DNA from: Nitrospirota bacterium
Lineage (GTDB): Bacteria > Nitrospirota > Thermodesulfovibrionia > Thermodesulfovibrionales > UBA1546
Direction: 5' to 3'
Assembly (NCBI GenBank): GCA_021824065.1
Contig: JAKALU010000002.1
Location: 11,243 to 75,242 of the forward strand
DNA length: 64,000 nt
The notes under the pieces: generated by a model
What the model was told of the DNA's origin: nothing
Seen by the model: only the letters and a program-made list of their open reading frames with translations
Databases searched by the model: none
Program-made: the position numbers and the translations under genes
Part shown: positions 18,948-26,753 of the stretch, piece by piece
Position numbering within the stretch: position 1 is the first letter of the stretch
How the letters are laid out: every line of letters begins with the position of its first letter

Positions 18948-19511
18948 CTACAAACACGCCTCATACACCCAGACCCTTCCTCCATCCCTTATATCTTCAG
19001 TCCTTTTCACAAGCCTTTTCTTATGTAAGTTTAACAAGCGTGTTCCACTTGTATTTGCAGGCAGCTTTAAAGCGGTGGAAAGGTCGCCTGCCGTAATCTT
19101 TCCTCTCTTTGTTATAAAATTCAAAGTCTCCTGTAAATAGTTATTCAGATTCCCGATAAGAATTTGCTTGCCGTCCCGCATCTCCGCGATCACAGCAAGG
19201 TCTTTTCTCTCAAGAGCGACCTCGATGTTCTCCTTCTGGTTTTCATTAAGACCCTTTAGGACAATATATTTATCTCCATATTCGCCGCTGATTAGCCTCG
19301 ATATGAGCTTTGCCACAATCTCATCGGCGCAGGAATAGTCAATTACGCCGATTTTTGAAAAATCAAGGGCAATAACCTCAGCGTCTTTTTCTTTTACGAT
19401 ATCCTTCTCAATACGCTCCCTTATAACCTGCCCTGACGGACGAGTTACAAGGTACGAAGAACCGTTTTTGAGTTCCTCCTTTAAAATGGCATATAAATCA
19501 TATTTACGCAT
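18948..19511 (-). CDS. STAS-like (DUF4325-type) domain protein with C-terminal winged-helix
   Basis: TRPSGQVIRERIE..VIALDFSKIGVIDYSCADEI matches my recollection of DUF4325; C-terminal KITAGDLSTALKLPANTSGTRLLNLHKKRLV looks like a wHTH. Confidence 0.5.
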   Translation of the reverse strand: MRKYDLYAILKEELKNGSSYLVTRPSGQVIRERIEKDIVKEKDAEVIALDFSKIGVIDYSCADEIVAKLISRLISGEYGDKYIVLKGLNENQKENIEVALERKDLAVIAEMRDGKQILIGNLNNYLQETLNFITKRGKITAGDLSTALKLPANTSGTRLLNLHKKRLVKRTEDIRDGGRVWVYEACL

Positions 19512-19529
19512 TTTTTAAATTAATACCTC

Positions 19530-21923
19530 TCACCCGATCACTTTCCCGTCTCCATTGAGTCTTCTGAGTAACTGGTTTGCAAGGGATACATTATAAGTCT
19601 TCTCAGAAGGGTTATTTATGATGGATTCGATCTGCTTCTTATCTATCCTGCCGATCTTACCCAGCGCTTTCATGGCATATTGCCGTACCTGGGGTTTTTC
19701 ATCCTCAAGTAAAATTTCAAGGGCATGCACTGCTTTATATATATCCGGTTTAACTCTCGAGAGTTTCCCTAAAGCAGAGGCTGCAAGCCTGCGCACGTTT
19801 CCGTTTCTGCTTTTTGTAAAGTCTATCAGTTCTGTGATAGCTGATGGATCGTTGGAATTGCCGAGTGCTACAACACAAGAAATTTTCTCATCTGAAAATA
19901 CACCTTCCCCTATGTCCTCTAACGCTCCCCAATCCCCTCTTAAATTAAGAGGGGGTGAAGGGGGAGTTAAGTCACCAGCCTGTGAAAGAGTGCGAGGGGT
20001 ATTTCTGGAACAAACCGGAACAGAATCGAAAAAACTTTTCACATCTTCAATGCTATGGACCATACTCATATCAGGCAGGGAAGATAGAATAGTCTTTCCA
20101 TATGAACTCATAATAAGCCGTGTATCGAGGATTGCGATCACTCCATAGTCGTCGCTCCCTCTAATAAGTCTGCCGAAACCCTGCCTTAGCAGCAGGATTG
20201 CAGAGGGAAGCGCAAGGTCTTCAAACCACTTTTCACCTAATCTCAGGCATCTTTCATCGTATACAGGGTCTCCCGGAGAGCCGAATGGAATCTTTGAAAT
20301 AATCACGAGGCTTAACTTCTCGCCTTTTATGTCAATCCCCTGCCAGAACGTAGCGGTTGCGAAGAGTACAGAATCAGGGGTTTTTCTGAACCATTCGATA
20401 AGTCTTGCCGGCGGCATATCTCCCTGAGTTTTAAAAGGGTAGTCTATTCTGATATTTCTTGATGCAAAACGAAGATGTTTGTATGATGTAAAAAGTACAA
20501 GCGCCCGTCCCCTTGATGCACTGATAAGCCCTTCAATAGTCTTAAGACCCTCCCGGCAATAGACCTCATTGTTTTCCGGAACAGGCCTCGGCAGTTCTTT
20601 ATCAAGATAAAGGAGCGTCTGTTTCCTGTAATTAAAGGGCGAACCTATAACCCTTTCTTTGAACCCTGTGCTAAATTCCGGCAGGAGATCGATAATGCCG
20701 AGTCTTTTCTTTAAAAAATCGAAATCATTGCCTGTGGTCAATGTGGCCGATGTCATTATCAGGCTTTCATAGTTGTTGACCAGCGTGATGAACGGTCTTT
20801 GTGATTCCACAAGGCTGCTTTTCAGTTCAATGGCATTTTTGTTTTCTGTCAGATAATAGACCCTGTCGCTGTCTCCCTGTTCTATGAAATCAGTAATGAC
20901 AGATGATAGAGAGTTTATATAAGCGATTGTTGTCTCTATTCTGTCCTGCAATTCATCGCCAGAAACAGACTCCTGAAAGGCGACTAATCTATTAACAACC
21001 TTATCAAAGGCAAACAGCGTTCTAAGGTTTCTCAAGCCCTCTATTACCGCTTCCGGTATCGGCGATACAGCCTTACCCCTCTTAACTTCCCCCCTTACTA
21101 AGGTGGGGAGGAGGGGGGATTTAAAGAATGATTCAACAGGCTCAAAAAGGTGATCCACCGCAATCTTCAATCCTCTTAAGCGATATAGAAGCCATAGCAG
21201 TCTCGGATGACTGAGGGCGTTTCCGAGGACATGGGAGATGACATTTTCGATCTGGTGCGCCTCATCAATGATCAATTGACTATGAAAGGGCAGCAGGTTG
21301 AAATCTGAAAGAAGGTCGTAGATGAGAAGGTGGTGGTTCACTACAAGGATATCTTTTTTGCGGAGTCCTCTGTAATGCCTGTAATAAAAACAATCTTTGT
21401 AAAAAGAACATTTCACCGAACTGCAGTCATCGGAATCGCCGCAGACATTTGCCCAGAAATCAGGGATAAAGTTCAGTTCGTCCTTATCTCCTGTCTCTGT
21501 GACGGAGACCCATTCAGTGAACTTTTTATAGGGTTCTTCCAATTCCGAAAAGTCCCTCTCGCGTTTCAGACAGACATAGTTATTTTTCCCCTTGAGGATC
21601 GCGTATGAAAATTCATGCGGAAGCGCATCCTGAAGAAAGGCGAGGTCTTTATTCACAAGCTGATCCTGCAAGGCTATAGATGCCGTGGATACAATCGTCT
21701 TCTTATTCGAGAGTATCGCAGGGATGAGGTATGCAAAAGATTTACCCACGCCGGTGCCGGCCTCAATGATGAGATTCTTTTTCCCCTTGAGGTGCGCATA
21801 GACCTCGTTTGCCATCTCAAGCTGTTGCGGCCTGCTCTCATAACCTGGCAAACTCTTTTTCAGTATATCGAATGCGGATGTTAATTCATTCAATTGTTCT
21901 CTTTCCCTATCCAGATGAACCAT
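19530..21923 (-). CDS. dinG: DinG/XPD-family ATP-dependent DNA helicase fused to C-terminal HEAT (PBS-lyase type) repeats
   Basis: EAGTGVGKS Walker A, 4-Cys Fe-S region (VC..C..C..C), DEAHQ, helicase C motifs; C-terminal NVRRLAASALGKL / PQVRQYAMKALGKIG HEAT repeats. Confidence 0.85.
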   Translation of the reverse strand: MVHLDREREQLNELTSAFDILKKSLPGYESRPQQLEMANEVYAHLKGKKNLIIEAGTGVGKSFAYLIPAILSNKKTIVSTASIALQDQLVNKDLAFLQDALPHEFSYAILKGKNNYVCLKRERDFSELEEPYKKFTEWVSVTETGDKDELNFIPDFWANVCGDSDDCSSVKCSFYKDCFYYRHYRGLRKKDILVVNHHLLIYDLLSDFNLLPFHSQLIIDEAHQIENVISHVLGNALSHPRLLWLLYRLRGLKIAVDHLFEPVESFFKSPLLPTLVRGEVKRGKAVSPIPEAVIEGLRNLRTLFAFDKVVNRLVAFQESVSGDELQDRIETTIAYINSLSSVITDFIEQGDSDRVYYLTENKNAIELKSSLVESQRPFITLVNNYESLIMTSATLTTGNDFDFLKKRLGIIDLLPEFSTGFKERVIGSPFNYRKQTLLYLDKELPRPVPENNEVYCREGLKTIEGLISASRGRALVLFTSYKHLRFASRNIRIDYPFKTQGDMPPARLIEWFRKTPDSVLFATATFWQGIDIKGEKLSLVIISKIPFGSPGDPVYDERCLRLGEKWFEDLALPSAILLLRQGFGRLIRGSDDYGVIAILDTRLIMSSYGKTILSSLPDMSMVHSIEDVKSFFDSVPVCSRNTPRTLSQAGDLTPPSPPLNLRGDWGALEDIGEGVFSDEKISCVVALGNSNDPSAITELIDFTKSRNGNVRRLAASALGKLSRVKPDIYKAVHALEILLEDEKPQVRQYAMKALGKIGRIDKKQIESIINNPSEKTYNVSLANQLLRRLNGDGKVIG
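19925..19966. repeat. family-B palindromic element inside dinG
   Basis: 21-bp core cccctcttaaattaagagggg identical to the intergenic copy at 49605-49625. Confidence 0.85.
21076..21118. repeat. C/G-tract imperfect palindrome inside dinG (family-B-like)
   Basis: cccctcttaacttccccccttactaaggtggggaggagggggg; centre ccttaCtaagg. Confidence 0.55.
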
Positions 21924-21926
21924 TTT

Positions 21927-22502
21927 TCAGTTCTTCATCCTAACGCTCTGGCGCGCCTGATAAAGTTTTTCTGTGAATCCGCCTTCTTCCAAGAATTGTT
22001 TTTCCAGTTGCCGCAGTTGCTGGTCAAGCAGATAATTTGCCTGATGAATCAGGCAAATAAGGGTATTAGCAGCAGTTTCAGGCGAGCTTTGCTCAACATA
22101 GGTCTTATAAGTCCTATAAGACCTATTCTTTTCCCACGCAAGCTTCCGTATGGCTTGCGCCTGCGGATGCCCTTTCTCCCAGAGCAGCAACCCCTTCTGT
22201 CGCAAAAAATCATGGTAATCAAGCAACAACTCTTCAAGGCTTGCACGGGCTACGCCGATTAGTTTCAGTTCGCTCTTCTTTGAAGTACCGGAGGCCATGC
22301 TTCCTTCTGCGATATTCTGCTTGCCGCTTCGCGCTGCCTGTACCATCTGGTCATGCGTGCGCGAGCGCTTGTCAACAAAGAGACCGCAGAATACAGCCGT
22401 AGCATCATAAATGATTTCCGCAGTCTGATATGATTTCAGATTGCGGTATCCACCATGAGGGGGGATAAGGGTTGGTTTTGTTTTTTGGTTATTGTTGTTC
22501 AT
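21927..22502 (-). CDS. four-helix-bundle protein (23S rRNA intervening-sequence protein family) with suffix domain
   Basis: YQTAEIIYD..SGKQNIAEGS..ARASLEELLLDY and C-terminal EEGGFTEKLY pattern; stop lies 3 nt before the dinG start; 50-60% GC in two 60-nt stretches counted. Confidence 0.75.
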   Translation of the reverse strand: MNNNNQKTKPTLIPPHGGYRNLKSYQTAEIIYDATAVFCGLFVDKRSRTHDQMVQAARSGKQNIAEGSMASGTSKKSELKLIGVARASLEELLLDYHDFLRQKGLLLWEKGHPQAQAIRKLAWEKNRSYRTYKTYVEQSSPETAANTLICLIHQANYLLDQQLRQLEKQFLEEGGFTEKLYQARQSVRMKN

Positions 22503-22592
22503 TTCAGTCCCATTAGTCTTATGTCATCAGTCTTTGTGGCATTAAAATCCTCCGCCTGTTGCCGATGATTATGGTGGTTTTAGCTGGCATAG

Positions 22593-22808
22593 TTATAACT
22601 TTATCCCTGCTTTTGATGACTTACTTATCAGATAATTAATGAACGCCGAACAAGACACCAACATAAATTTTGCATCTTCAGAATCTAAGTTGGGTTCATC
22701 CAACAAAGCATGGCGTATGCCATCAGCATCACTTGTATATCCATAAAGGCTATCAAATGCCTTTTTTAAAGCAGGATGCAATTCTACTTTCTTCTCAATG
22801 AATCTCAT
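22593..22808 (-). pseudogene. 71-aa remnant resembling the C-terminus of AbiJ-NTD4-type (HEPN-like) proteins
   Basis: LHPALKKAFDSLYGYTSDADGIRHAL...AKFMLVSCSAFINYLISK recalled from C-termini of about 280-aa AbiJ N-terminal-domain-4 proteins; no room for the N-terminal part. Confidence 0.4.
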
Positions 22809-22814
22809 CTAAAA

Positions 22815-22846
22815 TCTCCCCTAATCCCTCTTTGCTAAAGAGGGGA
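22815..22846. repeat. short palindromic element directly upstream of the 22808 ATG
   Basis: tccctcttt-gc-taaagagggga. Confidence 0.5.
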
Positions 22847-22903
22847 TGATTTTCTGGATTCTCTGGTCAAGCCGGAGAATGACAACTATTGGAACAGAGT
22901 TTC

Positions 22904-23098
22904 CTACAAATAAAATCCCTCCCACTCATCCTTGAGTTCTTTATAAAATTCACATCTCGGCATCTCTTTACAGTCAGGGCAGAAGCCGTCGCAGGTGTCT
23001 TCGATATAAATAAAGCTGAGGTTAGGGAAAAGGTGGAACTTCTTGTGGTAGTTAAAGTAGTGCTCAAGGTTATTGCCTTTAGTCCTAAAATAGGCCAT
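22904..23098 (-). CDS. 64-aa cysteine-motif protein (CX3CX2CX5C), unknown function
   Basis: ATG preceded by SD aaggggga at 7 nt; DTCDGFCPDCKEMPRCEF; competing ORFs in the same interval have S/T/L/R-rich composition. Confidence 0.5.
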   Translation of the reverse strand: MAYFRTKGNNLEHYFNYHKKFHLFPNLSFIYIEDTCDGFCPDCKEMPRCEFYKELKDEWEGFYL

Positions 23099-23185
23099 TG
23101 CGCTCCCCCTTCTAATATCTTCAATTGATTCAATTGAATCATAAAAAAGGGGGTTTGTCAAGTAGAATTTTTAGAATTTTTAGGG

Positions 23186-24031
23186 TTAAACTTCCGGCAG
23201 CATGATGTTTATCTGGGCGCCGGGGAAGTGGGCGAGGTTAACCTCTTTCTGTTTTCCCCATGCCCAATCAGGGATTATTGAGAGTTTTGCTGTGCCCGAA
23301 CGGATGGAGAGTTTACCATTCCATTGATTGACAAATCTTCTTACTGCTGCAAGTCCGTGACCTCTGCCTTCATCTGCATATCTTGATGCTCCGTGAAGCA
23401 GCGCCTTATCAATTGCATCAAAGTCATTTTTCAGTGAAAACCTTTTAGATAATGATTTTCTGAAGCCTATCCCGATATCCATGACGGCAATCTTAACGAC
23501 ATTCTTATTCAGATTCTGAAAATGGTATTTCTGTATCCCAACAAAACCCTTTGTTTCACTGTGCTCGATGATATTCTGGCATACCTCTGAGAGGGAAACG
23601 ATAAATACATTGATTGCCTTTTCGTCATAGTGAAGATGCTTCTTGAGAATTGCATTAGCCCGCTCTTTAACCTTGCCAACGATAAAATGGATGTCGTCTG
23701 ATTTTTCTATTGGTGTAATTTCAAGAAGAACATCGGAATAAGAACTTCTTAAGTATTTTCCAGTAATTTTAGGCTCGGATGGATTAAGTTTGAAATAGTT
23801 ATCAGCATAGTCGAAAAAATTCATGCGTTCAAGATACTTAAGGACTTCTTCTGATTCAGGAAGATAAATGGTTTTCTGAATACCTTCAGCTTTTAAAAGT
23901 TCTCCGATTTCAAGAATACAAACCATACCATACGGGTCGATAAAGGTTACGTCTCGGAGATCGATTAGCGCAGATTCGTTAATGTGTAATACTTGTTCAA
24001 AGGTATCTTCTGTTATCTGGGTCAGAATCAT
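23186..24031 (-). CDS. STAS domain fused to GHKL (HATPase_c, RsbW/SpoIIAB-like) ATPase
   Basis: N-terminal LIDLRDVTFIDPYGMVCILE STAS pattern; C-terminal NIIEHS N-box, VMDIGIG, GRGHGLA G-boxes; start uncertain (ATG 24031 versus TTG 24073). Confidence 0.7.
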   Translation of the reverse strand: MILTQITEDTFEQVLHINESALIDLRDVTFIDPYGMVCILEIGELLKAEGIQKTIYLPESEEVLKYLERMNFFDYADNYFKLNPSEPKITGKYLRSSYSDVLLEITPIEKSDDIHFIVGKVKERANAILKKHLHYDEKAINVFIVSLSEVCQNIIEHSETKGFVGIQKYHFQNLNKNVVKIAVMDIGIGFRKSLSKRFSLKNDFDAIDKALLHGASRYADEGRGHGLAAVRRFVNQWNGKLSIRSGTAKLSIIPDWAWGKQKEVNLAHFPGAQINIMLPEV

Positions 24032-24091
24032 TTGAGTATCGATATTTAATAATATAAAGCACTGAAAGTTCAATACAGAAGAGAAATTTGC

Positions 24092-24097
24092 TATAAT
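24092..24097 (+). promoter_or_regulatory. extended -10 box (TGcTATAAT) 7 nt upstream of the ATG; TTCAAT at -35 with 17-nt spacer
   Basis: ttcaat-N17-tataat-tttactt-ATG, no SD. Confidence 0.4.
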
Positions 24098-24104
24098 TTT
24101 ACTT

Positions 24105-25016
24105 ATGAAAATTGATAAAGACTTTTACAAAAATCTCCTGGATAGTCTCTATGACGGAATATATTATGTAGACTGTGATAGGAGGATTACATATTGGAAT
24201 AAGGCTGCAGAGCGGATTACGGGATACACAAGTTCCGAGGTGTTGGGAAGGCTTTGCTCGGATAATATCCTTGTGCATGTCAACGGGGAAGGCGTTGATT
24301 TGTGTAAAGGTTTATGCATAGTCTCAAGAACAATTGCAGATGGGCGTATACGTGAAGCAGAGATGTATCTCCTTCATAAAGACGGACATCGCTTCCCGGT
24401 TTCGGTGCGCGTGATTCCGATTCGGGATTCAAACGACAAGATTATTGGTGCGGTAGAAATTTTCAGTGATAATTCCCCGAAGGTTACAATTCGCCAGAGG
24501 ATCGAAGATCTTGAAAAGATGACCCTGCTCGAACCTCTCACAATGCTGGTGAACAAGAAATATGTTGAGATGAACCTTCATGCAAGGCTTGATGAAATGT
24601 GCAGATATGGCTGGCCATTCGGGGTTCTTTACATTACCGTGGATGATTTCAAAAAGATAAATGACGTATATGGGTATAATGTTGGGAATAAAATATTAAA
24701 GATGGTGGCAAGGACGCTGTTGTTTAATTCGAGAACTTCTGACGTAATAGGCAGATGGAGCGGGGAAGATTTTATATCAATTATTGTCAACGCCAATGAA
24801 GAACGGTTGCATTCTACTGCAAATAGGGCTCGTTTACTTGTTGAAAAATCTGGTTATCCCAAAGGGGCGGATATTGTTCGAGTTACTATTTCTATTGGTG
24901 CGACACTTGCGCTACAAATAGATACAATGGATACACTGTTAAAAAGAGCTGAGCAGCTAATGTATCACAGCAGAAATTCTGGTGGAAATCGGGTATCAAT
25001 GAAGTTAGAAGTGTGA
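24105..25016 (+). CDS. PAS-GGDEF protein with variant active-site motif SGEDF
   Basis: PAS (YYVDCDRRITYWNKAAERITGY), GGDEF fold with RTSD I-site 5 residues before SGEDF. Confidence 0.85.
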   Translation: MKIDKDFYKNLLDSLYDGIYYVDCDRRITYWNKAAERITGYTSSEVLGRLCSDNILVHVNGEGVDLCKGLCIVSRTIADGRIREAEMYLLHKDGHRFPVSVRVIPIRDSNDKIIGAVEIFSDNSPKVTIRQRIEDLEKMTLLEPLTMLVNKKYVEMNLHARLDEMCRYGWPFGVLYITVDDFKKINDVYGYNVGNKILKMVARTLLFNSRTSDVIGRWSGEDFISIIVNANEERLHSTANRARLLVEKSGYPKGADIVRVTISIGATLALQIDTMDTLLKRAEQLMYHSRNSGGNRVSMKLEV

Positions 25017-25037
25017 TAAAAACAATTTTTAACTGAG

Positions 25038-26342
25038 TTACTTGCCTAAGAGTATAGAGCCTTCTGTAAAGAAGGTTCCTGCAACCGAGGCTGTCATAAG
25101 ACATGCAAGAGTTGCGGCTATGAGTGCCATCAATCCTACTGTTGAGAGGTCTCTGGTTCTTTTAGGGGCGAGCGCAGCAGTGCCCCCCACAAATATGGCG
25201 AGTGAGGCAAAATGAGCAAAACCGCAGAGTGCATATGCGGCTAAGACAGCAGATCGCGGATCCTTTAACGCATTTGAAGAAAGGAGACCTGCAAGATCCT
25301 GATATGCCTTCACTTCTGTAAGCACAGCTCTTTCGCCTATAAGTTTTGATATCTCAAAGGCGTCTGAAGCTGGTACGCCAATCAGAAGTGTAAAAGGATA
25401 AAATAGATAGCCTAAAAGCCCTTTCAAAGACCAGTCCATCTGAATCCCTAAGAGATTATTCACTCTTAACCCCATGCCTGTCAGGAGGAAATCTATTAAG
25501 GCAACGAGGCCGAGGAACGCAAGGAGCAAAGCTACAATTCCAACTACCATCTTAACCCCTTCATTTGCGCCATTAATAATCGCTTCTATAATAGTTGATT
25601 CATTTTCATAGTGTGGCTTTATATCCATTCCCAGTGTCTCAGGTATTTGAGTCTCTGGCATGATAAGCTTCGACGTCACGATGGCTGCTATTGCTGAAAG
25701 GATTGACGCAGAGACCAGATGTCCTGCAATTGTCGGAAACTTTGCCTGAAGAATAAAGACATATAACGCCAGGACACTCGATGCAGTTGTTGACATGCCT
25801 GCTGCAAGTATGGTGCAGAGTTCTGATTTGGTCATTGTGCTGAGATAAGGAAGCACTGTCATGTTTGCTTCAACGCCAACAAAGATATTGCTCGATACAC
25901 TGAGGGATTCTGCTCCGCTTATCTTCATGAGTTTTGTAAATACCCTTGAAAATAGCCTTATAAGATATGGCATTACCCCTATGTAATAAAGCACTGCCAT
26001 AAGGCTTGCAAAGAATATGATTGTTGGTAAAGCCTGAAAAGCAAGAAAGAAACCGAGGGATTCCTCTCCTATCTCATTTTTTGTTCCAGGAGGAAGGGCG
26101 AGCCTTCCAAAGAGAAACCTTGTGCCTGCAGTTGCGCTGTCAAGGACTTTCACAACAGCATCATTGACAATAAGAAATATCTTTGAACCAGCAGGTATTA
26201 TGAATATGAACAATGCGAATATGAGTTGAAGTGCTGTCCCCCAGAATACAACACGCCAGTTAATGACTTTTCTGTCTGTAGATATCAGCCATGCAAATGC
26301 CATCAGAACAAAAATTCCTGCAAAACTTATGAGGTTATACAT
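25038..26342 (-). CDS. nupC: NupC/NupG-family concentrative nucleoside transporter
   Basis: N-terminal AFAWLIS..R..INWR pattern and multi-TM CNT architecture, 434 aa. Confidence 0.85.
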   Translation of the reverse strand: MYNLISFAGIFVLMAFAWLISTDRKVINWRVVFWGTALQLIFALFIFIIPAGSKIFLIVNDAVVKVLDSATAGTRFLFGRLALPPGTKNEIGEESLGFFLAFQALPTIIFFASLMAVLYYIGVMPYLIRLFSRVFTKLMKISGAESLSVSSNIFVGVEANMTVLPYLSTMTKSELCTILAAGMSTTASSVLALYVFILQAKFPTIAGHLVSASILSAIAAIVTSKLIMPETQIPETLGMDIKPHYENESTIIEAIINGANEGVKMVVGIVALLLAFLGLVALIDFLLTGMGLRVNNLLGIQMDWSLKGLLGYLFYPFTLLIGVPASDAFEISKLIGERAVLTEVKAYQDLAGLLSSNALKDPRSAVLAAYALCGFAHFASLAIFVGGTAALAPKRTRDLSTVGLMALIAATLACLMTASVAGTFFTEGSILLGK

Positions 26343-26344
26343 AT

Positions 26345-26734
26345 TTACGATATATTATATTCCTTCACATCTAATTTCAACTTCTTCAGTTCATCCGTGT
26401 CATAACCTGAGAGAAGATAAGAGAAGACCGTGTGTTTGTCAAAAGGGGAATTTCTTATTAACGACTCTCTGAAATAATCAATGCTGATTCCATATCTTCC
26501 GAATCGCCTCGGGATTGATTTTATGCATTCCGGTTTTTCGATTATTTTTTTTGGGTATTTCCCGGTGCCATAGTTTTTTATTTTATAGACATTTATACAA
26601 TCTATTAATGCAGGCTCAACATCAAACTGGCTGAGATATTCGGCTACTTTTAAAAGGCCGAGCGGTCTTGACCAGAGGTTTATTGCAGCGAAATCGTAGA
26701 TCCATGGGTTGATTAAAAGAATTCTGAGTTTCAC
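26345..26734 (-). pseudogene. N-terminal stub of a B12-binding-domain radical SAM protein
   Basis: MKLRILLINPWIYDFAAINLWSRPLGLL..IPRRFGRYGI matches N-termini of about 450-aa radical SAM proteins; no CX3CX2C domain; nupC starts 3 nt after the stop. Confidence 0.5.
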
Positions 26735-26753
26735 ATTAAACCGCTGCTCCTTT

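Noticed and set aside
18843-19028. 61-aa ORF (..SFPRRRESREKLKNWIPHQVRNDNK..)
   Set aside because: It is read straight through the family-A palindromic repeat. The composition is typical of repeat-derived pseudo-ORFs, and it overlaps the 3' end of the 18948-19511 gene.
22867-23142. Two alternative ORFs (22867-23142 minus, 22889-23128 plus) overlapping the small Cys-motif gene
   Set aside because: Neither has a ribosome-binding site and both have S/T/L/R-rich or shadow-like composition. The 22904-23098 frame has an SD at the right spacing.
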